Notes under the pieces: model-generated
The model's database searches: none
Seen by the model: only the letters and a program-made list of their open reading frames with translations
What the model was told of the DNA's origin: nothing
Made by a program: the position numbers and the translations under genes
DNA from: an uncultured Actinomycetes bacterium
Lineage (GTDB): Bacteria; Actinomycetota; Actinomycetes; Streptosporangiales; Streptosporangiaceae
Direction: 5' to 3'
Length of the DNA: 64,000 nt
Assembly: GCA_963840195.1 (NCBI GenBank)
Contig: CAWIYD010000015.1
Span: 8,112-72,111 of the forward strand
In this document: piece by piece, positions 45,976 to 55,533 of the stretch
How positions within the stretch are numbered: the first letter of the stretch is position 1
How the letters are laid out: each line of letters opens with the position of its first letter

Positions 45976-46638
45976 ATGAATGAGACGAACGCCGCACCGG
46001 CCACGACGGAGCTGCCCACGGTTCCGCTGGACCTGCCGTCCGCGCAGGTCCTGGCCGACCTGGTGGCCACCATCCAGGATCTCCAGTTCGTCATGGAGTG
46101 CTGCAAGCGCCTGCTGGCCGAGCTGGCGAAGCCGGAGGAAGACCGGGACGCGGTCGTGCCGCAGGCGCTCTGGTCGGCGGCCCTGGTCGCCTACGCCCGC
46201 TGCTTCGCCAACGGCAAGCGGTTCGGCCTCGGCGCGGACGACGTGCGGTCGCTGCCGCTGCAGGGCGAGGTGATGAAGTTCCACAAATGGGTCCTGGCCG
46301 AGCGCGCTGAGGTGACCACCCACCCGGCAGACCCGTTCCAGGCCGCCAAGGTGGGCGCGGCCCTGTCCCGGCCCGGGCAGCAGAAGCCGCGGGTGGAGGG
46401 CATCGCCATCCTCTCGGCCAGCCGCGTCCTCGTCGATCACACCGGGGTACGGCAGCTGGGCGGGCTGGCCTCGGAACTGGCCAAGCAGACCGCGGAGAAG
46501 GCACAGGCGCAGCAGGACACGGTCCTCGCGGACGCGCAGGGGCTCAGCATCGACAGCCTGTACGCGCTCGACCGGCTGCAGGTAGGCCCGCCCGGGGACG
46601 ACGCGGCCGGGGACACCGGGCCGGGCGAGCCGGGCTAG
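45976..46638 (+). CDS. hypothetical protein (orphan; possible HEPN-like Rx5H motif)
   Basis: Intact 220-aa ORF with host-like composition, predicted helical. Contains ...ALWSAALVAYARCFANGKRFGL... and ...HKWVLAERAEVTTHPAD.... No family recognised with confidence. Confidence 0.5.
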   Translation: MNETNAAPATTELPTVPLDLPSAQVLADLVATIQDLQFVMECCKRLLAELAKPEEDRDAVVPQALWSAALVAYARCFANGKRFGLGADDVRSLPLQGEVMKFHKWVLAERAEVTTHPADPFQAAKVGAALSRPGQQKPRVEGIAILSASRVLVDHTGVRQLGGLASELAKQTAEKAQAQQDTVLADAQGLSIDSLYALDRLQVGPPGDDAAGDTGPGEPG

Positions 46639-46685
46639 GGCCCGGCCCGGGTACCGGGCAGGCCGGGCGATCCCGCCGGGCCAGC

Positions 46686-46737
46686 GCCCAGGAGCCCAGT
46701 TCAGGAGCCCAGCTCAGGAGCCCAGCTCAGGAGTCCA
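46686..46737. repeat. four tandem 13-bp units G(C/T)(C/T)CAGGAG(C/T)CCA spanning the stop of the first YbjQ gene
   Basis: GCCCAGGAGCCCA GTTCAGGAGCCCA GCTCAGGAGCCCA GCTCAGGAGTCCA read directly. Confidence 0.8.
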
Positions 46738-47620
46738 GGCTGAGGATCATGGTGGGGCGCTCGATGACATGGTCGGAGCGCAGCGGCCGCACCGCCGTGC
46801 CGATGGCGAAGAACTCCGTGGTGTGCGAGCCCCAGGTATGGCTGTGCTGCCGCAACTGCACCCCGACGATGCCCTCGGCGTGCAGGTCCTCCGCCTCCGC
46901 CTGCATCCGCGACATGGCCAGCTCCCGGGCGTCGTACAGCGCCTGGGTGAACTGCTCCAGCTCCACGTTCCGGCCGATGTTGCCGATCTTGCCGCCGAGC
47001 CGCTGGTGCGCGATGTGGTAGACGCACGAGCCCATCACCATGCCCAGCGGGGCGTAGCCGGCCCGGATCAGCGTCCAGAAGTCCTGCCCGGACAGGTCCG
47101 AGGTGAACGGCTGCTTCTTGTTGTTGCGCCACTCGGTGACGCCGCCGCCGCCCGCGCCCGGCTCCGCCTTGACCGCGGTGCCTATCGCGATGAACTCGGC
47201 GATGTCGTTGCCGAACTCCTTCATCTCCACGTCCAGCCGGACGCCGACGATGCCGTCCGCGCCGAGCGCGTCCGCCTCCGCCTCCATCCGCGTCATGGCC
47301 AGCTCACGGGCGTGATACATGGCCTGGGACAGCACGTCCAGTTCCTGGTTCTTGCCCCAGCGGCCCACCTGCAGGCCAACGTGGTAGATCGAGCTGCCCA
47401 GCACCAGGCCGAGCGGGCGGAATCCCACCTCACGGACCAGCAGGAACTCGTTCACCGACAGGTCGGAGGTGAAGATCGAGCCCGGGCGGCCGGGCCGCAG
47501 CTCGGCCAGGCGGCGGATGGCGTCCTGGGGTACCCCCTCGGCGCTCAGCTCGGTGCTCGCGGCGTCGCCGAGCCCGGCGCCCCCCGCCGCACCGAGCTGC
47601 GGGCTCTGCTGGTCGGTCAT
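46727..47620 (-). CDS. double YbjQ/UPF0145 (heavy-metal-binding-like) domain protein
   Basis: ATG 47620 preceded by GGAGGA. Two tandem YbjQ-like halves (...FTSDLSVNEFLLVREVGFRPLGLVLGSSIYHVG...GADGIVGVRLDVE...FIAIGTAV... and ...FTSDLSGQDFWTLIRAGYAPLGMVMGSCVYHIA...HAEGIVGVQL...FFAIGTAV...). Confidence 0.8.
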   Translation of the reverse strand: MTDQQSPQLGAAGGAGLGDAASTELSAEGVPQDAIRRLAELRPGRPGSIFTSDLSVNEFLLVREVGFRPLGLVLGSSIYHVGLQVGRWGKNQELDVLSQAMYHARELAMTRMEAEADALGADGIVGVRLDVEMKEFGNDIAEFIAIGTAVKAEPGAGGGGVTEWRNNKKQPFTSDLSGQDFWTLIRAGYAPLGMVMGSCVYHIAHQRLGGKIGNIGRNVELEQFTQALYDARELAMSRMQAEAEDLHAEGIVGVQLRQHSHTWGSHTTEFFAIGTAVRPLRSDHVIERPTMILSLDS

Positions 47621-47648
47621 CCCATTTCCTCCGATGCGTTGGTGCCGG

Positions 47649-48566
47649 TCAGCGTCCGAGCCGGACGCGGGCGGCCTGGCGGCGCTGCGGGTCGAGCGAC
47701 AGGATGGCCAGCGGGGGCGGCGGCTTCCCGGCCTGCGCATACCGCGCGATCGCGGTCCCCACGATCGTCACCTCGACGACGTGGTCCCGGCCATGTTCCT
47801 GCACGGGGCACTCCCGCTCGTGCACCCGCATGTCAGCGCGGGACACCACCACGCCGTCCCCGCCGATCCGGCGCACGTCCTTCTCCAGCTGCACCCGGGC
47901 GTCGTGCCGGGTGTCGTTGACGAGCTCGGTATAGCCGGTGACCTCGGCGTTCCCAGCCCCCCAGCGGGTCTGGCCCACGGTGAGCCAGTCGTCGTGCCGC
48001 GCGCCCACCGAGATGCCCAGGGCCAGCCCGGCCGGCACCCAGCCGGCCTGGATCAGCTTGGCGAAGTCCTGCCCGGACAGGTCGGAGCTGAACGGGCGGC
48101 GGAGCGGGACGGCCCCGGGCACGCGGACCGCGGTGCCGATGGCCTTGAACTCCAGCCCGCCCGCCGGGAAGGACCCGATCGTGAGCGAGACCCCGACAAT
48201 GCCGTGCCCGCCGAGCGCGGCGCACTCGGCCACCATCCGGTTGATCGCGTCGTGCCGGGCCGCGTACATGGCCTGGGTCAGCGGGCCGAACGAGCCGTAG
48301 CCGCCCTGCCCGGACACCTGAGTGACGCTGCGGTAGGCCGGGGCGTAATACCCGGAGGCCGACCATGCTCCCGGGCAGTTGTACCCGCCGGTGAAGCCGA
48401 TGTTGTAAACGGCCGCGCCGAGAACCTGGCCGGCCGGCTCGAAGCCCACGCCGCGGATGGCGGCGAACTCGTCACTGGACAGCGCGGAGCCCCACGTCCC
48501 GCTCTGCCGGATCTCACGGCATGCGGGACCTGGCCGCTTCGGGGAGGTCACTGCCCGCACGGTCAT
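47649..48566 (-). CDS. double YbjQ/UPF0145 domain protein (paralog of 46727-47620)
   Basis: Start taken at ATG 48566, because the longer ORF runs into the repeat copy. ...LSSDEFAAIRGVGFEPAGQVLGAAVYNIG...GGHGIVGVSL...FKAIGTAV... and ...FSSDLSGQDFAKLIQAGWVPAGLALGISVG...GGDGVVVS...VTIVGTAI.... Confidence 0.75.
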   Translation of the reverse strand: MTVRAVTSPKRPGPACREIRQSGTWGSALSSDEFAAIRGVGFEPAGQVLGAAVYNIGFTGGYNCPGAWSASGYYAPAYRSVTQVSGQGGYGSFGPLTQAMYAARHDAINRMVAECAALGGHGIVGVSLTIGSFPAGGLEFKAIGTAVRVPGAVPLRRPFSSDLSGQDFAKLIQAGWVPAGLALGISVGARHDDWLTVGQTRWGAGNAEVTGYTELVNDTRHDARVQLEKDVRRIGGDGVVVSRADMRVHERECPVQEHGRDHVVEVTIVGTAIARYAQAGKPPPPLAILSLDPQRRQAARVRLGR

Positions 48567-48597
48567 CCGCCACCATGCGCCCCTTCCGGCGTTACCT

Positions 48598-48683
48598 GCC
48601 CGAGGGGACGATCCCCCGGATCCCCCTGGATTCGCTGGCCCGGAGGGGACACCCGCACCGGCGCGCCCCCGCTTCGCCAGCGG
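48598..48683 (-). repeat. degenerate E-element copy (intergenic)
   Basis: GCCCGAGGGGACGATCCCCCGGATCCCCCTGGATTCGCTGGCCCGGAGGGGACACCCGCACCGGCGCGCCCCCGCTTCGCCAGCGG is colinear with the reverse complement of the 40.9-kb unit, with multiple substitutions. Confidence 0.7.
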
Positions 48684-48736
48684 TCGCACCCACGATACCC
48701 GGCGGAGCGGACATCACTCCCGCTAGCGGACGGTGA

Positions 48737-48925
48737 TCACCCGTTCCCGGGCGGATCGGCGTCGGCCGCGTCCCAGTCCTGGTTGCGCTCCCGGACGATC
48801 TCCAGCGCCCGGGCCGCCTCCTCCTGGCTGGGATAGGGGCCGAGCCGGTCTTTACCCGCGCAGCCCGCGCCGTGTTCCACCGTCCGGTGCTTGAGGCAGT
48901 ACCACCAGCTCTGGTCTTCGTCCAT
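48737..48925 (-). CDS. small conserved hypothetical protein (62 aa)
   Basis: ATG 48925: [52 protein letters not shown].... Divergent from map with a 19-bp spacer. Compact and host-like in composition. Confidence 0.5.
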   Translation of the reverse strand: MDEDQSWWYCLKHRTVEHGAGCAGKDRLGPYPSQEEAARALEIVRERNQDWDAADADPPGNG

Positions 48926-48944
48926 GCCACTAGAATCCCAGATC

Positions 48945-49793
48945 ATGGCGACTGTGCTCCATCCCGGCCGGCAATCCCCGCCCCGGCAGGTCCCGGCCAG
49001 CATTCCCCGGCCGGAGTACGTGGGCCGCAAGTACCCGCGCACCGGCGAGACCGAGGTCAAGGACGCCGAGACGATCGAGCGGATGCGGGCCGCCTGCCAG
49101 CTGGCCGCCCGCGCACTCGCCGAGGTCGGCCGGCACGTCGCGCCCGGGGTCACCACCGACGAGCTGGACCGGGTCGGCCACGAGTACCTGGTCGCCCATG
49201 GCGCCTACCCGAGCACGCTCGGCTACCGGGGCTACCCGAAGTCGCTGTGCACCTCGCTGAACGAGGTGATCTGCCACGGGATCCCGGATGACACCGTGAT
49301 CGCCGACGGCGACATCGTCAACGTGGACATCACCGGCTACCTGAACGGGGTGCACGGCGACACCAACGCGACCTTCCTGGCCGGCGACGTGGACGAGGAG
49401 TCCCGGCTGCTGGTCGAGCGGACCCACGAGGCCATGATGCGGGGCATCCGGGCGGTCGCCCCGGGGCGCCCGCTCAACGCGATCGGCCGGGTCATCGAGT
49501 CCTACGCCCGGCGGTTCGGCTACGGCGTGGTCCGCGACTTCACCGGGCACGGCATCGGCACCACCTTCCATTCCGGGCTGATCGTGCCGCACTTCGACGA
49601 CCCGGACGTGGACGTGGTCATGGAAGAGGGCATGACGTTCACCATCGAGCCGATGCTCACCCTGGGCACGATCGCCTATGACGTATGGGACGACGGCTGG
49701 ACCGCGGTCACCAAGGACCGCAGGCGGACCGCCCAGTTCGAGCACACCATCCTGGTCACCGGCGACGGCTACGAGATCCTGACGCTGCCCTGA
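48945..49793 (+). CDS. map: type I methionine aminopeptidase
   Basis: ATG 48945. ...[16 protein letters not shown]...[23 protein letters not shown]...GHGIGTTFH...MTFTIEPML...QFEHTILVT.... Confidence 0.95.
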   Translation: MATVLHPGRQSPPRQVPASIPRPEYVGRKYPRTGETEVKDAETIERMRAACQLAARALAEVGRHVAPGVTTDELDRVGHEYLVAHGAYPSTLGYRGYPKSLCTSLNEVICHGIPDDTVIADGDIVNVDITGYLNGVHGDTNATFLAGDVDEESRLLVERTHEAMMRGIRAVAPGRPLNAIGRVIESYARRFGYGVVRDFTGHGIGTTFHSGLIVPHFDDPDVDVVMEEGMTFTIEPMLTLGTIAYDVWDDGWTAVTKDRRRTAQFEHTILVTGDGYEILTLP

Positions 49794-52126
49794 GTCACGG
49801 CCTCCGGCACGGCCGCCGCCTCCCGTGGCACGGCCGCCCCACGCACGGCCGCCGCCTCCCGTGGCACGGCCGCCCCACGCACGGCCGCCGCCTCCCGTGG
49901 CACGGCCGCCCCAGGCACGGCCGCCCCGGGCACGGGGCCCGCAGGCGCGTCCTGGTCATGGCACAGCAGGCGGCGGCCCGGCAGCCAGGCCAGCCAGCGC
50001 GGCAGGTACCAGGCGCGCTCGCCCAGCAGGGCCAGCGCCGCGGGCACCAGGATGCCGCGCACCACGGTCGCGTCGATGAGCACGGCGGACGCCAGGCCGA
50101 CGCCGATCATCTTCAGGTCGATGATGGACAGCGTGGCGAAGATCGAGAACACCGCCACCATGATCACCGCCGCGCTGGTCACCACGCCGGAGCAGCTCGC
50201 GATGCCGCCCACGATCGCGTCGCGGTGACGATTCGCCGCGGCCGCGCAGCTCCCGGATCCGGCTCAGGATGAACACGTGGTAGTCCATGCTCAGCCCGAA
50301 CAGGAACACGAACATGAACAGCGGCACCCAGGGGATGATCGCGCCGAACGAGGTGAAGCCGAGCAGTCCCTGCAGCCGCCCCTGCTGGAAGATCAGGGTG
50401 ATGCAGCCCGTAGGCCGCGCCGACCGACAGCAGGTTCAGCCCGATGGACACCAGCGGGATGGCCAGTGACCGGAACGCCACCATGAGCAGCACCAGCGCC
50501 AGCGCCGCGACGACGCCGAACACGATGGGCGTGCTGGACCGCAGCGCCGCACTGAAGTCATAACCGCCGGCCGTGTCGCCGGTGACGGCGTAACTCGTCC
50601 CGGGCACCGTCCCGATGGTGGCGGGCAGGATCTGGTTGCGCAGGTCCAGCAGGGCCGCGCGGGACACCGAGTCGGAGCCGTCGCCGGCCAGCGGCACCGA
50701 GATGACCAGCCCGCGGCCGCCGCCGACCACCTCCGCGGTGACCGGGCGGTGGATGACGCCGTGCGCCGAGGCCCGGGCCTGCAGGTCGGCGACCGCGCTG
50801 CGCATGCTGGCACTGGACACGTCGCCGCCGGTCACCACCACCTCGGCCGGGGCCGGCCGCCCCGGGAAGTCGTGCGCGATCTGGTCCAGGGTGCGCACCA
50901 CCGGCAGCCGCGCGGGCAGGTCGATGGCCGGGCTGCCGATGCGCAGGCCGAGCGCCGGGGCGGCCAGCGCCAGCAGCGTGAGCGCGGCCGCGCCGCCCCA
51001 GATCAGCGGGCGGCGGACCACCCGGCGGACCAGGGCGGTCCACAGCCGGGACGGCCGGGCCTGGGTCCGGTGCCGGCCCAGGAACGGGATCCGGCCCCGG
51101 TCCGCCCACGGGCCGAGCAGGCTGAGCAGCGCGGGCAGGAAGGTCACCGAGCCGACCACCGCGACGCCGACCACCAGGATGGTGCCGACCGCGATGCCGG
51201 TGAAGAAGTTGATGCCGGTGAGCAGCAGCCCGGCCAGCGAGATCATGACGGTGAGGCCGGACACCACGATGGCCCGGCCGGAGGTGGCCGCGGCGGTGGC
51301 CAGGGCGGCCGGGAAGGACGCGCCCGCGGCTCGCTCCTCCCGCTCGCGGCGCAGGTAGAACAGCGAGTAGTCGACCCCGACCGCCATCCCGATGATCAGC
51401 ACCACCTCGGAGGTGCTGGACCCGATCGGCAGCCAGCGGCTGGGCACGGCGAGCAGCGAGACGGCCACCATGACCGAGCTGCCGGCCAGCAGCACCGGGA
51501 TGCCGGCCGCGATGAGCGCGCCGAACACCGCGACCAGCAGGATCAGCGTGATCGGCACCGAGGTGAGCTCCGCCTTGCGGAAGTCCTGGCCCATCATCGT
51601 GTTGGCGGCCCGGTCGGTGCTCGCGCCACCGGCCTCGGCGATGCTCAGGCCGGGGTGGGCGGCCGCGACCCGGGCGACCGCCGCGAGGTCCGTGCCCACG
51701 GTGGTGTCGGCCTGCGCGTGCGGGCCGGCCACGTCGAACGTGACCAGCACGGTGCGGCCGTTGGCCGAGACCATGGCCTGGCCGCCCGGGCTGAGCGGGG
51801 ACCGGATGCCGCGCGCCGCCCCTGGGTGCGCACGCAGCGCGCTGACCACGTCCGCGACGGCGCCGCGCAGCGCCGGGTCCCGGGCCCAGGTGGCCCCGGC
51901 GGCGTGCGCCCCGCGCCTGGAGGAGCACGGTCTCCGCGGGCGGGCTGACCACGCCCAGCTGGTGCAGCGCCCGCTCGGCCTGCCCGGCCTGCCCGGGGTC
52001 GTACTGCTGCTGGTTCTGCGTGCCCAGCAGCTGCCCGGCCACCATGGCCACCGCGGCGAGCACCAGCCAGCCGATGACGACGGCGACCCGGTGCCGCGCG
52101 CTCCAGCAGGCGATGCGCTCCACCAT
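49769..52126 (-). pseudogene. MMPL family transporter (paralog 1), at least 3 frameshifts
   Basis: N-terminus MVERIACWSARHRVAVVIGWLVLAAV (ATG 52126). Central 556-aa piece (50179-51849) with ...GMAVGVDYSLFYLRREREER.... C-terminal TM bundle split over three frames (...PWVPLFMFVFLFGLSMDYHVFILSRIRELR... / ...VVTSAAVIMVAVFSIFATLSIIDLKMIGVGLASAVLIDATVVRG...). Confidence 0.85.
49807..49935. repeat. 3.5 tandem copies of a 36-bp unit (GCACGGCCGCCGCCTCCCGTGGCACGGCCGCCCCAC)
   Basis: Units at 49807, 49843 and 49879, plus a partial. On the minus strand they encode (AAVPREAAAVRG)x3 as the C-terminal tail of the first MMPL ORF. Confidence 0.9.
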
Positions 52127-52349
52127 GGGCGGCCGGGCCGGAAGCTCCCCGGGCGGCGGCCCGGCCGCCTGCCTGCGGCCTCCCGGCGCCGGGCCGGGTA
52201 CCGCAGGCAGGGCGGGCAGCGGGGTAACGGCGCCGGGCGGCGCCGGGTCGAGCATGTCGCGCATCATGCCTCGCGGGGTCATAGATCGGCCGACCCGCGC
52301 GCAAGGGCTAGACGCACGCGTCATGATTCCCGTTCAGCATGCCAGATAT

Positions 52350-54588
52350 TTATGACACTGACGTCAGTGTCTGGCGATTATGCGGAATCTTGCAGGAAAC
52401 GTTCAGCCTGCTGGCGGCCGGTCTCCGCTGCTGGCCGGGGAGCCAGCGCAGCCAGCGCGGCAGGTACCAGCTGCGCTCGCCGAGCAGGGCCAGGCAGGCC
52501 GGCAGCAGGACGCCGCGGACCACGGTGGCGTCGATCAGCACCGCCACCCCGAGGCCGACGCCCAGCATCTGCAACTGCACGAGGGACAGCGTGGCGAAGA
52601 TCGAGAACACCGCCACCATGATCACCGCCGCGCTGGTCACCACCCCGGCGCTGCTGGCCACCCCGCCGACCACCGCGTCCGGCGTGCTGGCGCCGCGCCG
52701 CCGCAGTTCCGCGATCCGGCTCAGGATGAACACGTGATAGTCCATGCTCAGCCCGAACAGGAACACGAACATGAACAGCGGGACCCACGGCACGATCGCG
52801 CCGTAACTGACCAGGCCGAGCGCGCTGGCCACGCGGCCGTGCTGGAACACCAGCGTGAGCAGGCCATAGGACGCGGCCACCGACAGCAGGTTCAGCGAGA
52901 CCGACACCAGCGGGATGGCCACCGAGCGGAACGCGACCAGCAGCAGGACGAACGCCAGCGCGGCCACCACGGCCAGCACCAGCGGGGTGCGGGCCCGCAG
53001 CACCGCCAGGTCGTCGAAGTTCGCGGCCGTGTTGCCCGCCACCGCGTACCTGATGCCACCGGCCCGGCCCAGGGTGGCCGGCAGCACCTGCTCGCGCAGC
53101 GCCAGGAGAGCCTGATTCGAAACGGCATCCACCCCGTTGCCGGCCAGCGGCACGCTGACGAGTAGTGCGCGCCCGCCGGCCACCGGCGCCACCGTGACCG
53201 GGCCCCGCACCGGGCCGCGGCCTGACGCGTCGGCCCGCAGTGCGGCCGAGCGCGCGCCGCACCGCCACCCCGCCCAGGTCATGGCCGGTCACGACCACCT
53301 CCGCGGGCGCGGGATGGCCCGGGAAGGCCCGGTCGATCCGGTCCAGGGTGGCCACCACCGGCACCTTGGCCGAGAACCCGCCGTCCGGCGGGTTGCCCAG
53401 CCGCAGGCCCAGGCCGGGCGCGGCCAGCGCCAGCATGGCCAGCGCCGCCACCGAGCCCCAGGCCGCGGGATGCCGGACCACCCGGCGGGCCAGCGCGGCC
53501 CACAGCCGGGACGGGCGGGCCGCGGTGCGGCGCCGGCCCAGGAACGGGATCCGGCCCCGGTCGGCCCAGGGGCCGAGCCAGGCCAGCAGGGCGGGCAGCA
53601 CGGTGAGCGAGCCGGCCACCGCCACGCCGACCACCGCGATGGTGCCGATGGCGACGCCGGTGAACACCGAGTACCCGGTGAGGAACAGGCCGCCCAGCGC
53701 GATCATCACGGTCAGCCCGGAGACCACGATGGCCCGGCCCGAGGTGGCCGCGGCCCGGCGCAGCGCCTCGGTGGTGCCCGCGCCGCGGGCCCGTTCCTCC
53801 CGCTCCCGGCGCAGGTAGAACAGCGAGTAGTCGATGCCGACCGCCATGCCGATGATCAGCACCACCTCCGAGGTGCTCGACCCGACCGGCAGCCACTGCC
53901 CGGGAATGGCCAGCAGCGAGACCGCGGTGATGACCGCGGTCGCGGCCAGCAGCAGCGGGATCCCGGCCGCGATGAGCGCGCCGAACACCCCGGCCAGCAG
54001 GATCAGCGTGACCGGCACCGAGGTCACCTCGGCCTGCCGGAAATCGTGGCTGATCAGCGCGTTGGCGGCCCGGTCGGTGCTGGCGTCACCGGCCTCGGCG
54101 ACCAGCAGGCCCGGATGGCGGGCCGCCACCGCGGCGACCGCGCGCAGCGCCGGGGCCACCGCCTGGTCCTCGTTGCTCACGTTCCCCGGCACCGTGAAGG
54201 TGACCAGGGCGCTCCGCCCGTCCGCGGAGACCAGCCCGGGGTGCCCGGGGTCCAGCGGCGAGGCGATGTCCCGCGCCGCGTGCGGCAGCGCGGCCAGCGC
54301 GGCGGTGACCTGCCGGGCCGTGGCGCGCATGGCCGGGTCGGTCGCGAAGGTGGCGCCCGGCCCGCCGCTCCCCCGCGACTGGATCAGCACGCTCTCGGCC
54401 GGCGGGCTGGTCACGCCCAGCCGGTGCAGGGTCTGCTCGGCCACCCCGGACTGCCCGGCGTCGTAGGACGGCACGTTCTTGGCCGGCAGCAGCTGCCCGG
54501 CCACGAACACCGCGGCGACGAGCAGCAGCCAGCCGAGCACCGCCGTCTTGCGGTGCCGGGCGCTCCACCCGGCGATCCGCTCGACCAC
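52350..54588 (-). pseudogene. MMPL family transporter (paralog 2), one frameshift near 53270
   Basis: N-terminal 430+ aa in ORF 52378-54588 (MVERIAGWSARHRKTAVLGWLLL...GMAVGIDYSLFYLRREREER...). C-terminal half in ORF 52350-53282 (...PWVPLFMFVFLFGLSMDYHVFILSRIAELR...VLIDATVVRG...). Colinear with paralog 1 throughout. Confidence 0.85.
52354..52371. promoter_or_regulatory. perfect 18-bp palindrome GACACTGACGTCAGTGTC in an AT-rich patch between the two MMPL genes
   Basis: Read directly. Flanked by ...AGATATTTAT and TGGCGATTATG.... It lies about 230 nt upstream of the MMPL-1 start and at the MMPL-2 stop. Confidence 0.4.
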
Positions 54589-54701
54589 CGGCGCGCGGGA
54601 TCGGGCTGTTGCTCGCGGGCAGACGCGGTTTCGGGCAATACTGAACTGGACGGCTGGCGCATCATGGCCTCTCTCAGGGCAGTGCGTGAGTCTGTCGTGA
54701 C

Positions 54702-54736
54702 CCCTCGCCCATGAGCTGGACCCTCATGGGCGAGGG
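54702..54736 (-). terminator. perfect 14-bp stem hairpin downstream of the sensor-domain gene
   Basis: CCCTCGCCCATGAG (54702-15), CTGGACC, CTCATGGGCGAGGG (54723-36), 8 nt after the stop at 54744. No U-tract. Confidence 0.5.
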
Positions 54737-54743
54737 CGTGGCA

Positions 54744-55533
54744 TTAGGTTGCCGGGTGCATGGTCTCCGGAAGCAGCGGGGTCTCGGGATGCAGCTTGCC
54801 GAGCGGGCCCGGGTGGGTCAGCACCTCCTTCGCCTCGGCCAGCGGATCTCCGGGTGCTCGCAGCAGCGCGCTCGCCACCCGCGCGTGCATCCGCGCGGTG
54901 AGCACGAGGACGTAGTTGAACAGCAGGAACAGCACCACGAAGACAGCGGCGGCCATCAGCGCCCTGGGCATCGTGTCCACGAACACGCCCCAGGAACCGG
55001 GCCCGTGCGGGCCGTTGGGGAAGTAGCCCAGCTGCACGCCGTGCGCGCTCTGCCCGTTGTTGAACGTCTCCGGCGGGGCCCAGTACCAGGCGGGCAGGGT
55101 GATCCCGGACAGCAGCACCAGCCAGACCACGATGACGGCGAGGTCGACCGCCCACAGCAGCGGGAACAGGCCGAACAGGTAGGCGAAATCACGCCAGGTC
55201 GCCGGGTCGCGCCAGCGGGTGCGTACCTGGTTGAGGAGGCCGGGCTGGCGGGCCACGCGGTACCCGCCGCGGACCGGCTCGGCCAGCACTCCGCGCAGCC
55301 GCCGGCGCTCCGCGTTAGCGCAGCCCCGGATCACCGCGGCCGTGCCGATCAGCAGCGGGATGCCCGCCAGCGTGATGGCCAGGATGACGGTGGTCAGCGC
55401 TGGCGGCCAGGACCGCGGCCCACAGCAGCCAGCCGAAGACGAGGTAGGCGAGCAGGAACCAGGCCGCGCGCCAGGTGCTCCCCGCCACGAGCTGGTGCAG
55501 CGGATTGCGGTACAGCCGCAGCCGGGTGCTCAT
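54744..55533 (-). pseudogene. stand-alone putative-sensor-domain membrane protein (PF13796-like), one frameshift near 55380
   Basis: ATG 55533 (ATGA overlap with the upstream gene): MSTRLRLYRNPLHQLVAGSTWRAAWFLLAYLVFGWLLWAAVL.... It continues in another frame: ...VIRGCANAERRRLRGVLAEPV...FAYLFGLFPLLWAVDLAVIVVWLVLL.... No kinase domain follows. Confidence 0.6.

Noticed and set aside
52354-52371. CRP/cAMP-receptor site interpretation of the 18-bp palindrome
   Set aside because: The half-sites read ACACT-n6-AGTGT. That is the reverse, not the complement-symmetric equivalent, of TGTGA-n6-TCACA, so it does not match the CRP consensus.
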